This document shows positions 46,352 through 58,239 of a DNA stretch of 64,000 nucleotides, piece by piece. The notes beneath the pieces were generated by a model, which saw nothing but the letters and a program-made list of their open reading frames with translations, ran no database searches and was not told the origin of the DNA. A program made the translations under genes and the position numbers. Source of the stretch: Cladosporium halotolerans (Eukaryota). Where the stretch lies: positions 186,001-250,000 of the forward strand of contig NW_027191456.1 in assembly GCF_011745625.1 (NCBI RefSeq), written 5' to 3'. How positions within the stretch are numbered: the stretch's first letter is position 1; the number at the start of each line of letters is the position of its first letter.

Positions 46352-47395
46352 ATGTCAACTCTCATTTCACACGCGCTCAAATCAATACGTCTCGCTCGAG
46401 ACTCCCTTGTCTCGGTATTCTATTTGATGGTCGCCGGCCTTCTACCCGCCCTCAAAATCGAAATAGCAGATCTCACAGGCAAAACCGCAATCGTAACGGG
46501 CGCGAACTCAGGAATCGGCTACTCTCTTGCCCTCTCGCTGGCAAAACGTGACGCGACCGTCTACCTCGCTTGCCGTAGCACCTCCAAAGCCGAACAAGCC
46601 GCAGCACAGATCATCGAAGCCTGCGGCGAAAGCAGCTCGAAGCGCGTCCGCGTCTTCTCTCTCGACACATCCTCCCTCGACTCCGTCCGCGCCTTCGCCG
46701 CCGCCTGGGGCTCCCAACCCATCGACATCCTCATCCACAATGCCGGTATCGCAAGCACCTCTGCCGACAACCGTACCACCGCCGAAGGCCTGGGAACAAT
46801 CTACGCAACCAACTTCCTCGGCTCCTTCCTCCTCACCTCACTCCTCGAACCAAACCTCTCGCTCAACGCCCGCGTGATCTTGACCTCCAGCACAGGCCAG
46901 TACTCCGCCGCGCCTCGCCGGCTCTTCACCATGCCCCGCCTCGCACCCGCACCGTCCAAACGCGACGGCAGCAAGAGCCAGCCCTCCGACTCCGCGCTCT
47001 ACGCTGACACGAAATTCATGCAAGTCGCGTTCGCCTCGCTCCTGCAGCAGCGCTTCGACGCGGCTCCCAACAACCGCAGGCTCGCGCACGCTTTCACGCC
47101 CGGGTACACTTTCACGCCCATTTTCGAAAAGACGACCAGCCTGCCAGGGATCGTGGATCCGCTGTATCTGGTTCTGAAAGCTTGCACGGCGCTGTCTTTG
47201 CCCGTTGAGCAGGGCGCGGCGACAGGGTTGTGGCTTGCGACGACTGAGGATCCCGAAGTGATTGGAAATGGTTCGGGAGGTAGGTACTGGGATCGGTGCG
47301 TGAGGCGCTCGACTGCGGTGGATGCTTTGCCTGAGGGTGTGCTTGAGAGGATGTGGCATCTGTGGGAGGTTGATGCCGGGGCGAAGTGGCTTTAA
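46352..47395 (+). CDS. Short-chain dehydrogenase/reductase (retinol dehydrogenase-like)
   Basis: AIVTGANSGIG, YLACRS, LIHNAG, TNFLGSFLLT, catalytic YADTK (YxxxK), QGAATGLWLA. Start is 46352 or 46334. Confidence 0.9.
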   Translation: MSTLISHALKSIRLARDSLVSVFYLMVAGLLPALKIEIADLTGKTAIVTGANSGIGYSLALSLAKRDATVYLACRSTSKAEQAAAQIIEACGESSSKRVRVFSLDTSSLDSVRAFAAAWGSQPIDILIHNAGIASTSADNRTTAEGLGTIYATNFLGSFLLTSLLEPNLSLNARVILTSSTGQYSAAPRRLFTMPRLAPAPSKRDGSKSQPSDSALYADTKFMQVAFASLLQQRFDAAPNNRRLAHAFTPGYTFTPIFEKTTSLPGIVDPLYLVLKACTALSLPVEQGAATGLWLATTEDPEVIGNGSGGRYWDRCVRRSTAVDALPEGVLERMWHLWEVDAGAKWL

Positions 47396-47812
47396 GTCTC
47401 TGCGAGGCTGTTAATAGATCTTGGCTCCGATCGCTGCGGGTTCTGAGTCAGCTGCTGATTTCTTGTGAGAAGTGGTCGCAAGATAGGAAGTCGAAACTCT
47501 GTTTTGACGGGTATCTCCTCTACACTTCCACCGGTCAGCGAAGCCAAAGCTGCGACCCAACGATCCATCAAGGCTGCCGCAAATAAAAGCAATTTAAAAA
47601 GAAAACACATGACTATATGCACGCTATGCACCGTCCCTTTTTGTCAGATCCCTATCTCATGACCTCGTAGTAAACTCCGGTGACGCCGAGGAAGCAAAAG
47701 CGCTCAAGACGTGTCTTTACGGAATTGATTTCGTCCGTCTCTGAAGGCGTCGAGCAGCTAATAGAATAACATCTCATGTCGAAGAACGTATCATGGGCGC
47801 GTGGCCGCGCGT

Positions 47813-49035
<1,223 letters not shown>

Positions 49036-49963
49036 TATGGGCGGTGTTGGGGGTGGTGGTTGGAAGAGGGGTCGGAGGTGCTGAGGTGGAAGTGGGATGT
49101 GGGATGCGACAGAAGAGCAGCGGGGCGAGGAAGAGTCGGATGTTTATTCGACGTTTCTTTTCGGTGGTCTAATCCTACTGCACGGCAAAATCAAAGTTCG
49201 CTAGCCCAGCAGAGAACGTCCACCAGGGTCCGCCAGAGCCGCGGCCACACGTGGGCCGTAACTCAAAGCCCGCCCGCTGGATAGGGTACTGGAAATAAAT
49301 CGGAAAAAATATAACTAGATTGCTCCGTACCGTGTGTTCGGTGACGGTCCCGAAGGAAGGAATCGAGTCATGGCATGGAATGCAAAAGCTAGACCGCCTG
49401 GACAGGCTGCAGGATTGTTGAGCGAATCATATCAAATCAGCCTCACAGCCTTGATGGGCGGTTAAAACGAAGATGTTACACTGCTCTTGTGACCGTCACT
49501 TCATTGTTTTCATTACTCCAGACGGTTGAAAGCTCTTCATGTGTTCGTCACCCGCCAAATAATGGCTACCTATGCGCGGTGCATAATAATGAAGTTCACC
49601 AAAAACTTGTGGATCTGCTTTGAGGACAATAGATATAATAGAGTGCCACGGTCACGTGCATCCGCTTGAAAGGAACCTCGAACTCGAGCAGTCGCGGATT
49701 TTCTCGGCTTCTCTGAAGGGAATGGTTTCTCAATACGATTTCAGGATGGGTCTCTCTGCACCGAAGTGAAATGATCACTTGAACTTGCGCGTGCCTGTGT
49801 AATCTCACCCTCATGAATTGGGAACTAACGTCGCAAGCCAACAGTTGCAACTGATGACCGACCTGAGTCGACGCTATCTCATAAAAGCCACCGCGCCATT
49901 GCAATGCCGCTCAACAACACGACGTGAACATCTGCCACACACCTGGTCCCTCGGTCGAGTCTG

Positions 49964-51727
49964 TCAGGTCCGCCTTGCACTGTTGCACAGTTTGTTCCAC
50001 GAAGCTTTCAAGTCACTCGCGTCCTCTATGCTGGCAAACTGCAGGCGGTAATCCCCATGCCTCGTGCGAGGTAACGCATATCTTGACTGGAAGTAGAACG
50101 GCTCAGGCTTCGGCCTATTCATCGTGATAAGAGAGCTGCCGGGATCGCAGCCGAAGATTTCCTCGTCGCCATCCCGCGCGTATTTCGTCAAGAACACAGT
50201 CCAAATCGGCACTTCGTCTTTCGAGCTTCTGAACGCTCTGGCTTCGAGTCTGACTACGCCCGACCCCCGACATTCAAGAAGGCGCAGTGCATGCAGCATG
50301 TGGTCGCCGGCGCGAATGAGGCCCCCGTAGTGCTCCTCCTCGTCCATGTTGCTGGGATCCTCGATGAGGGGACCACGAGTCTCGCGAGGGTCTTGGCGTT
50401 TGAGAGCGACGAATGTTGAGTAGAAGAGGGCAAGCCTCTCGAAGTACATGAATTTGAGATACGCCCAAGGCCGGTAGGAGCCATCGCTTCTGGCACCGCA
50501 TAGGTGAATTACGGAGTAGCGGCGGATTGCTATAAGACTGTCGAGCGGCAAGGAGTACAGTGTTACGCGGTTCCTGGAAATTGTCTCGCTGAAGAGAAGG
50601 CGAGCACGGTTGTCAGAGGGGCGGTGATAAAAGGTGACCTCGTCTTTGGTGTCCACGAAGGTCCTACATTGGTCAGTGGGAGGACGATGAAACCCCGTGA
50701 AAGTTGCGACATACAGTGCTGTCAAAGGACGGAAGCCACGCAGGGCCAACAAGTGCCTTGCATCTGGTTGAGGGGTGCCCATGCAGCGAGTCTCAATGTC
50801 ACCTCTGCATAAACTATTAGCGTACGGCCATGCAATGAGTTGGTGCAGAGTTCGGCGTACATCTGGTAAGCCCCTCGAAATGATGTGCGCACGCCAGATT
50901 GCTCGAGTTGCCCATTGAATATGTTTTCGGCCCAATGGCTCGGTGGGAAGCCATAGCTAGATGGTTGGCTGGAGTATGCGGTGGGAGAAGAATTCACGGT
51001 AAATGTTGGCGAGTCTAGGGGAGGCTCGGGTGCCCAAGGAAGCTCATCGTCGTCGTCAAAATCGCTGAAGTCGGATGGGGTGTGACGACTTGAACGAGAT
51101 GATGGCCGCATGATCGTTGGTCTCGGATTGCTAGTGACTAAACAATACATGTCAACAGAACTTCATCAAAGGATAAAAAACACGCTCTGGAGTGGATCAG
51201 TACTCACCTGGCTCTGTAGCGTGGAGTGATCCACCGCCGAACCTAGTATCCTCTTGCGCCCTGAGCAGGTTCTCTATCCTGGCCCGTTGGTGCGGTAGGT
51301 CTTCGCGCTCTTGGCCTTTGAGCTGATTCGAAACATCGTGCACAAAGAATTGATAACGGTGCAATCTCTCTAACAAATCCATACCTTCCTGCACTTTCAT
51401 CCTATTGTCCAAGTCACCCCATATCATCCCTTGAGTTTCAGGAGGCCGATTGACCATGGACCACATTATCTCGAAGGTGTGTCTGATGCTAGAGCACACC
51501 ATCTGGACGTCATGCCGGATGCGATACAAGCTGTCCTGGTACCGTGCATTACTATAAGTTTCGGCGAGCTGTTGCAGGCTGTTGCTCAGGCTGAAGAGCC
51601 TGGCGACCGCTTCTGTGATGCTGGGGCGGAACAATCTGATATGTCGATCACGAGCATCGCGTAGGGCAGAAGCGATTTCTTCGGCAGCAAGGGTTAAACG
51701 GCCGATGACCTGTGAGTACGAAGCCAT
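49964..51727 (-). CDS. Uncharacterised protein with helical N-terminal domain, Ser/Pro linker and beta-rich C-terminal domain; exons 51727-51208, 51137-50861, 50804-49964
   Basis: Three track ORFs join in frame through canonical introns 51138-51207 and 50805-50860. Confidence 0.75.
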
Positions 51728-52329
51728 TGCGACACAAGGCGAGGATGAGCTGCATTAGCGCCTGCGACTGCGTGACAACCGGCCAGCGATATGAATTGGT
51801 AGAAGCTTGGTACGAGATCTTGGAATGGCGGGTGTGTGCGTTTGGTTTGGCAGTTAATTCTGTGGCCGCAAAGGTCGCACCGAGCTGAGCTGGCGCGAGC
51901 TCAAGATATCGTGGCGAACATGTCTGCGGTCACGGCTGACGGTGGCAGCGCGGTCCGGGGCACAGAACGACGGGTTGCAGCTACTGCCAGCGCATCGTTG
52001 CCTCCGACCGGTGAAGATAGGCTCTGTCTTGATAGTCGTGGTCCAGGTCCGAGGGTAGTCGGGAATAGGCCTTTGGCGTGATGCAAGGAATTGTCGGCCT
52101 ATTTTCCGTCTACTGATCGTCAAGATCTTGATATTGATCGCTAATGGACACTGGATCCGGCGGTGATGTTTGCCAGTCAGTGTATGGCCGATTGAACACC
52201 AACGACTTTAGCGCTGCAGGCTGGTATGCATGCTACTCTTGCTCTTCGCACAAACGCCATTTTGTAACCTGCCATGTGCAATATTACTTTCACGGACGTC
52301 GCGAGTATGAAGAAGAACATAAGGATATC

Positions 52330-52670
52330 AAGCCTTCGCCCCTAGTAGCCGGCGGCTCTCGACAGACATGACGCTGCATTATTGCGTGCAGCCCGCACGC
52401 TTTGGCGTCAGTCTCGGCGTACGCGTCGGCGTGGCAAAGAGAAGTTGAGGCAAATTGGTCGCCTTCGCCCTGCAAGTGGCAGTGACAAGAGAAAAGAGGG
52501 TACTTGAGGTGAAGTCAGAGTATCAGGCATCCAAATATACCAAGTACCCTCTCTGCCTGGCGACCAACTGAGGCGCAGCACCAACACCATCCCGAACCTG
52601 AGGCACGCGCTTCATCACACGCCAGCTGCAACCAATCACAGTCGGGAACGGCCACCAAAGGCACCCGACC
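52330..52670 (-). ncRNA. Candidate structured RNA (unassigned family) or structured UTR element
   Basis: Six nested complementary blocks plus three side hairpins; several are extended by G-U pairs only on the minus strand (see findings). Confidence 0.4.
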
Positions 52671-52994
52671 GGTGTTCCAGGAAACGCGATAGGGCGTGGT
52701 GTCCACAAGCGACAAGTGAGAAACAAATCGTGTTCCGAACTCATGCCTTCAAGTTCAGGTCTCGAGATCCAATATCTCAATGCATACAGGTGTCTCAGTT
52801 TGATCAAGCTGCAACTTCACTTGGTATGGAAAACGTCAAGAGTCCTGACCCGATATTCATCAGATTCATTAAAGCGAAATATTGTCAGCTGCAAACAGAA
52901 AGGCTATAAAAGCGCACATTAGTATTACCCCCGTTCCGCATTAGATTCATTTCTCGTCCAAGTCATGTCAGTCTGATCCGAAGAAATCCTCATT

Positions 52995-54778
52995 CTAGGC
53001 TCCGACGTCCTTCTGTGCATCCGAGGCAGCATCCTTCTCCCCCTTCTCCGTATCAGGCAGCGGAACCTGGGCGGGATCAGGCTGGGTGAGAATGTCGTTC
53101 CTATCCGCCTCCAATTTGGCATTGCTTTCACGATCATTCTTGACCGCCGAGGCGATCTGTTGAGCCATGTCATCTTCGTCGCCCTCTGTGTCCGAAGCAT
53201 CAAAGTCGGCGCCTTCACCATCATCGGCAGCTCCGTCTTTGCTGCTGGCTTCAAGCTCTTCCTTCTCGCGGTCGAGTCGGACTTGTTTACCACGCTTGTG
53301 GCAGTACCAGAAGACGAACATAAGAACTGTCAGAGAGTTAGCCAGAATTCCTCACTTTCGCGTCAAGACACCAAGAATGAGTACTTACTGAACACTGCAA
53401 GACTCATCACCACGTTTGTGGTGCTGACCAGGAAAGGAAAGCGGACTTGGAGGAAGTTGACGATGTTACGCAGAATGCTCGCCACGACACCATTTGAGCT
53501 TGTGAGACTCTTCAGGCCTGGAATCCTCCGTTTTTTCTTCTGGCCGTCTTGCGACTCGCTTGCTTCGGCGGTCTGGGCGCTGGCGTCATTTTTGTTCGCG
53601 GCTGCCATTCTAGCCTTCATGTCATTTCCTGGCTTTTCACTAGCTGCGGCCATGAGCTCTGGACCGAGAGTCGTGCCCAACTTGGCCGGCAAGCTTTTGA
53701 CAAGGGTCTGCACGAATGGCGGCATACTGTTGAAGTGCTTTTCTAGGGTCGGACCAGCGTCTTTCATCAGCTTATCCATGTCCTCGTACGCTGTCGGTGC
53801 GCCGTTAAGAGTATCTTTGAGAACCTGGGTGAAGCGGTCGTAGTACTTCTGGGACTCGGCAGAGAAGCTGAAGACTCGGTTATTGATGTTGCTCAGGCTG
53901 AGATTGTCAAGCAGTACCGAAACCTCCTTCTCCTGCTTTTCTTTAGTCGCCGCTTCGTTGATGCTGCCATCCTCGTTGTACACAGGCTCCGTGCGGAAGT
54001 CTTTCCTGTTGGCGAAAGTCCAGTTGCTTGGAATTGACGGCAGAGCAGAGGCGGAGGGGACATAGGTGGAGGCATACTGCGCCCACGACCGAGCTTGGTC
54101 CATGGCGTGTGCCGTCCGAGTCCCTCCATGTTGGTCTGCTTGGGTGTCTTCGGTTTGGCCTCCAGTCGCGTTGTCCTTGGATAGTGTCTGGCTCTTGCTC
54201 ATGTTTGGCAGGTAGGATGCCCATGTGCGCTTCTCGCCTTGATGTGTGCTGTCGTTGTTTGATTGGCGCATTGCTTCATCGTAGTTGAAGCCTTTCGTTG
54301 CGGCTTCTGCTTCTTCTTGGCTGGGCAGATCAAACGTCTTGTTCTTCCTTCCCTTCTTCGCCTTTGCCTCTGCACTGCCCTCATCTGGAGTTACTTCCGG
54401 TGGATCTGGTACCGCATTGGAATCGCTTTCGGTCGAAGGATTTTCTGTGGACTGATCTTCTGTCTCCTTGACTTCTGGGGCCTTCTCCTCTGGCTGTGTC
54501 TCAGGCAACGCGACTTGATCTGGGCTCTTTGCGCCTTCGGCGCTTGCTTCTTCTGTCTCGGGCAGCTGTTTCTCTTGACCATCGTCCGTAATCTGGACGG
54601 GTTGCGCGTCTTGCACACCTTCAGGCGCGGCAGCTTCTTGCGACGTTATCTTGGTGAGAAACTTCTCGTCGGCATCGTTCAACACCGGATTGGTGGGGTT
54701 GGTCTTCTCGAGGTCTTCTTTGTTCTTCTTCGCCCGAGCGAACGATGGCAACGTAAAGTAAGATGAATAAGACGACAT
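52995..54778 (-). CDS. Uncharacterised fungal protein with acidic disordered ends, a helical core and one C-terminal TM helix; exons 54778-53389 and 53326-52995
   Basis: Core LDNLSLSNINNRVFSFS...FTQVLKD..NGAPTAY.D; VMSLAVF|ILMFVFWYCHKRGKQVRL spans the GTAAGT..CAG intron 53327-53388. Confidence 0.8.
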
Positions 54779-55810
54779 CTTGCCAGCCTTAATTCGCAGA
54801 AAAGGAGAGCTTTAGATGTAAGGAAAACAACAAACGGAAGAAAAGGCGACTCAAGCAGGCTTCCATACCACTTATTACACTGGGTCGCTGCCTCGCCGAG
54901 ATGGAGGGTTATCCAGCTACGTCACATTGCATGTTTGTGGCTGTGACGACGCGGCACGTTGTTGCGATCGGCGAAGTCTGGACTGCGTCGAGCTTGCTTG
55001 CTTTTTGGCGGAGGCGCCTCCGCCACGCGAACGGCCAACTCCACTTGCATGCTTTGGCTTCACATTGTTATACCATCTAGCACACCTTATTGTCAATCCA
55101 CGAGGACATTGAACACACACAGTCTTTTGATTACGATCTTCATTTGAGCTTCACTATCTTCCAAATGGGCGCACATAGGACGTTTGAGTATGCTGGTACA
55201 TTTATTGCACGTTCCTCTGAGCAATGACTCTAATTGCCCAATCACTGCCGATTCAATACCTTATAGGTTACCAAACTGATCTTCAGAGTTCCCATTCCTG
55301 CATGAACTGAGCCTAGGAAGTGTTTCTTCCAAGATCATCTCATTCACGAGTGGAGAGACAGGAGCTATCGTGTAAGCTATTGGATTGCCTTTCGAGATTC
55401 ACAACACGCATGCCCTGCCGTCGAATGTCTCCCAATAGTGAACAGTGGTCTGGTATACAACACTTAGTTCGCGTTGAGCGTGCGGCGGTCCCTTTCCTAG
55501 GACTATTCGCATTTCCTTCCTGGCAATGTACGCGGGCCCGAAGCGTAATGCAATGTTTAGTGACAGCAAGAAAGACAGCAAGAGTTCCAAAAGTGACACA
55601 CATCGTCGATCAAGTGCACCTTCTGTCACTGATCAAATGACTACGATCATTGCAAGGGCGAAAGGATGCGTAGGATTGCACACTCGAGAGCGCTTAGCCG
55701 CGGCACCCAACCGGTCACATGCATGCTGCGACCTTTCCTCATGCTCACTCACTGCAGGCAGCGAAATGGCAGTCACCTGACTCACTGAAATCGCATATGC
55801 GCGCCGCGCA

Positions 55811-55818
55811 ATATAAAA
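55811..55818 (+). promoter_or_regulatory. Probable TATA box of the 55954 gene
   Basis: ATATAAAA ~140 nt upstream of ATG 55954. Confidence 0.5.
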
Positions 55819-55953
55819 AGCTCTTCGACCGGTCACCCACCCGACACGACACCACCTCTCCCACAGCCCATCCAACTTGGGACTCCGCCGCCGAAGGCAC
55901 CACCACAAGCATTTATTATCCTGACCGAGATCGCGACAACAGTCACCACGAGA

Positions 55954-57702
55954 ATGGCGGGCTTCTCGGAGCCGCTGTCTTTCGTGGGCACGAAGAAGAT
56001 CAAAGGTATTGTTACGCCTTGCCCCGGGGCATCACACTTTCCCCGGCTGTTTGCAGACACAATCTTCGGCCTTCACTTTAGTCAAATGTAAAGAAACATC
56101 TCATACTAATGCAACGAGACTATAGAGCCCTCTAATATCCTCAATGGAAGTAGTACCCCTGACGCGAACGGCAATACCTTCACCAACCACGGCGTAAGTA
56201 TCCCGTCTCCCATTCGCTGCACCGGAAAGCCCGCTACTGCCCTCAAATCCCGACAACAACTGACACCCTACCTACACAGGAGAACAAGTTTGCCAGCGAC
56301 TCTCACCGCCGCACCCGTTTCACCGACCAGAGCAACATCCGCGTCCTCGGCGGCAAGGCTGCCGGCCCGAAGCCGATCAAGGCCAACTATGACGCCGACG
56401 ACGCCCGCATCGTCGACCTCAAGCAGCAAGGCTGGTCCGACGAGTACGTTGCCCGCAAGCTTGCCGAGGAAGGCCGTATCCGCTACGTCGGTCGCACTGT
56501 CGGCAGCCGCTGGCTGCGCATCCGCAAGGCCCTCGAGGCGAAGGAGGAGGAGATCCTTGAGGACGAGCTGAGTGACTGGCACGATGGCGAGGTATGTCCT
56601 TGTTTTTCATTGCTCTACTACGAACCTAGCTGACACGCCACAGGACGAGAGCCTCGAGCAGGCCGTCAAGGCCATCGACGCGAAGATCGACAAGGAGATC
56701 GCCAAGCTGCGCGACAAGAAATGGCAGCAGGTCGCCTTCCACGTTGCCGACCTGATCCAGAAGAAGAAGTACACCGCCAAGCTCTGCCGCGAGCGCTACA
56801 ACAGCCTGATGGACGGGACTGCCCTGAAGCCGATCGAGCTCGACTCCGACCAGGACGGCCGTGCCGAGATGCGCGGGAATCGCATCGCGACCAACAGGCG
56901 TCCGCGTGAGGAGGCGGCCGCGGCGGCGCAGCTGGAGGAGCAGCAGAAGATGGCGGAGCGGCTTGCGAAGAAGGAGGCCAGGGAGGCCAATGCTGTCATC
57001 AAGGTCACCAAGGCTCAGCAGAAGAAGATCGATGCGGAGAAGATTGCCAACCTGAAGAAGGCTGCGATCGAGCAGCGTAAGACTCAGCGTCTGATCCTCG
57101 CGCAGTGGGCTGCGTACAACAGGGCCGAGTCTGCCTGGCTGTTGCGCAAGAAGAAGGCGGAGATGGTACTCTGCAACAAGCTCCTGGGCCTGCCAGCTGG
57201 GTACCGTAGGACTAAGATCGTGGAAGAGGAGGATGAGGGCGAGATGACCGACCGCGAGACCGATGAGGGCGCTCTGGACGATGGTTCTGACGACGGCGAG
57301 CACGTCCCTTCCACCAGATCCACCCGCAAACACACCCGTAACTCCGGCTCCGGCAGTGACAACCCGACTCCCAACAAGAGGGTGGCTGGATCTACACCTA
57401 TCAAGCACGTCGGCATCGGCGAGGCCGAAGTCACCGACGAGACGCGCGCCAGCCCGCGCTCCGCCATGACACTGGTCGAGCTGAACAACGTTCTCATCCG
57501 GCGTGATCTGCTGAGATCCTCCGGGCAGGAGAGCCACGAGCAGGTCGTCGCGCGTCTTCACGCGGAGGACCAGAGTGCCACCAACTCGGTTCTCAACGAC
57601 CTGCTCAAGGCCTCCGGTCTGGAGACTCGCGGCAACAAGCAGGAGAAGATCGAGCGCCTGCAGGCGTACGATGTCTCTCGCTCCGCTGCTGGGGAGCAGT
57701 AA
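55954..57702 (+). CDS. Putative nuclear protein with HTH/Myb-like region, coiled coil and C-terminal SAP-like motif(s); exons 55954-56005, 56126-56193, 56280-56591, 56644-57702
   Basis: Manual splicing gives one frame: DDARIVDLKQQGWSDEYVARKLAEEGRIRY..RTVGSRWLRIRK...SDWHDGE|DESLEQAV...KKWQQVA...YTAKLCRERYNSL, and VLNDLLKASGLETRGNKQEKIERL (SAP pattern). The first two exons are less certain. Confidence 0.75.
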
Positions 57703-58239
57703 GCTCAAACGGAGGCATTTTTGTCTCACTGGATAATACTGGAATCGCTTCGACATGCTTGAGGACAGCAACATGTGGAATGGGAGTTTCTTTTGAGAGC
57801 GATGGAAATTGGCACACCAGAATGCGCGGCAATATTGGTGTGACAAATCGACATCAATGGGTCTAGCTTGTTTATTGTACCATAGGAATGGACTCTACTC
57901 TTTCTGTATACCAAGTGTCTCTCCATGGCCAAGTAGTCTTTCCTTTGGCCAGGCACGATGGTAGCGACCCATGTGATTTTAGGAACCCATGGGAAAGAAC
58001 GGTGAGAGACATCAAAGCCAGGCATGGTGAAACGATACTTCGATTGCGTAAGCTGTATCTACATGCACATCTGATGCGATGAGTATTAACCATATTTTCA
58101 AAAGGGAGACTATAAAAAGCAAGACAGATCGCAAGACTCGACGTGCAGCACGTTGTCCCGTATACCTATTAATCGTGCCACATTCAGGCTCGAACCAAGG
58201 AAACGACAGATTTTTTTTCTAACCCAATGTCAAGATCTT

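Noticed and set aside
51727..52995. Telomerase RNA, SRP RNA, RNase P/MRP or HDV ribozyme as the identity of the structured region
   Set aside because: No CTAACCCT-type template, SRP helix-8 motif, P4 consensus or HDV P3/L3 found by eye. A covariance-model search is still needed.
56082..56087. Possible 6-nt microexon (TAG-TCAAAT-GTAAAG) in the first intron of the 55954 gene
   Set aside because: Inclusion creates an in-frame TAG; the direct splice keeps the frame.
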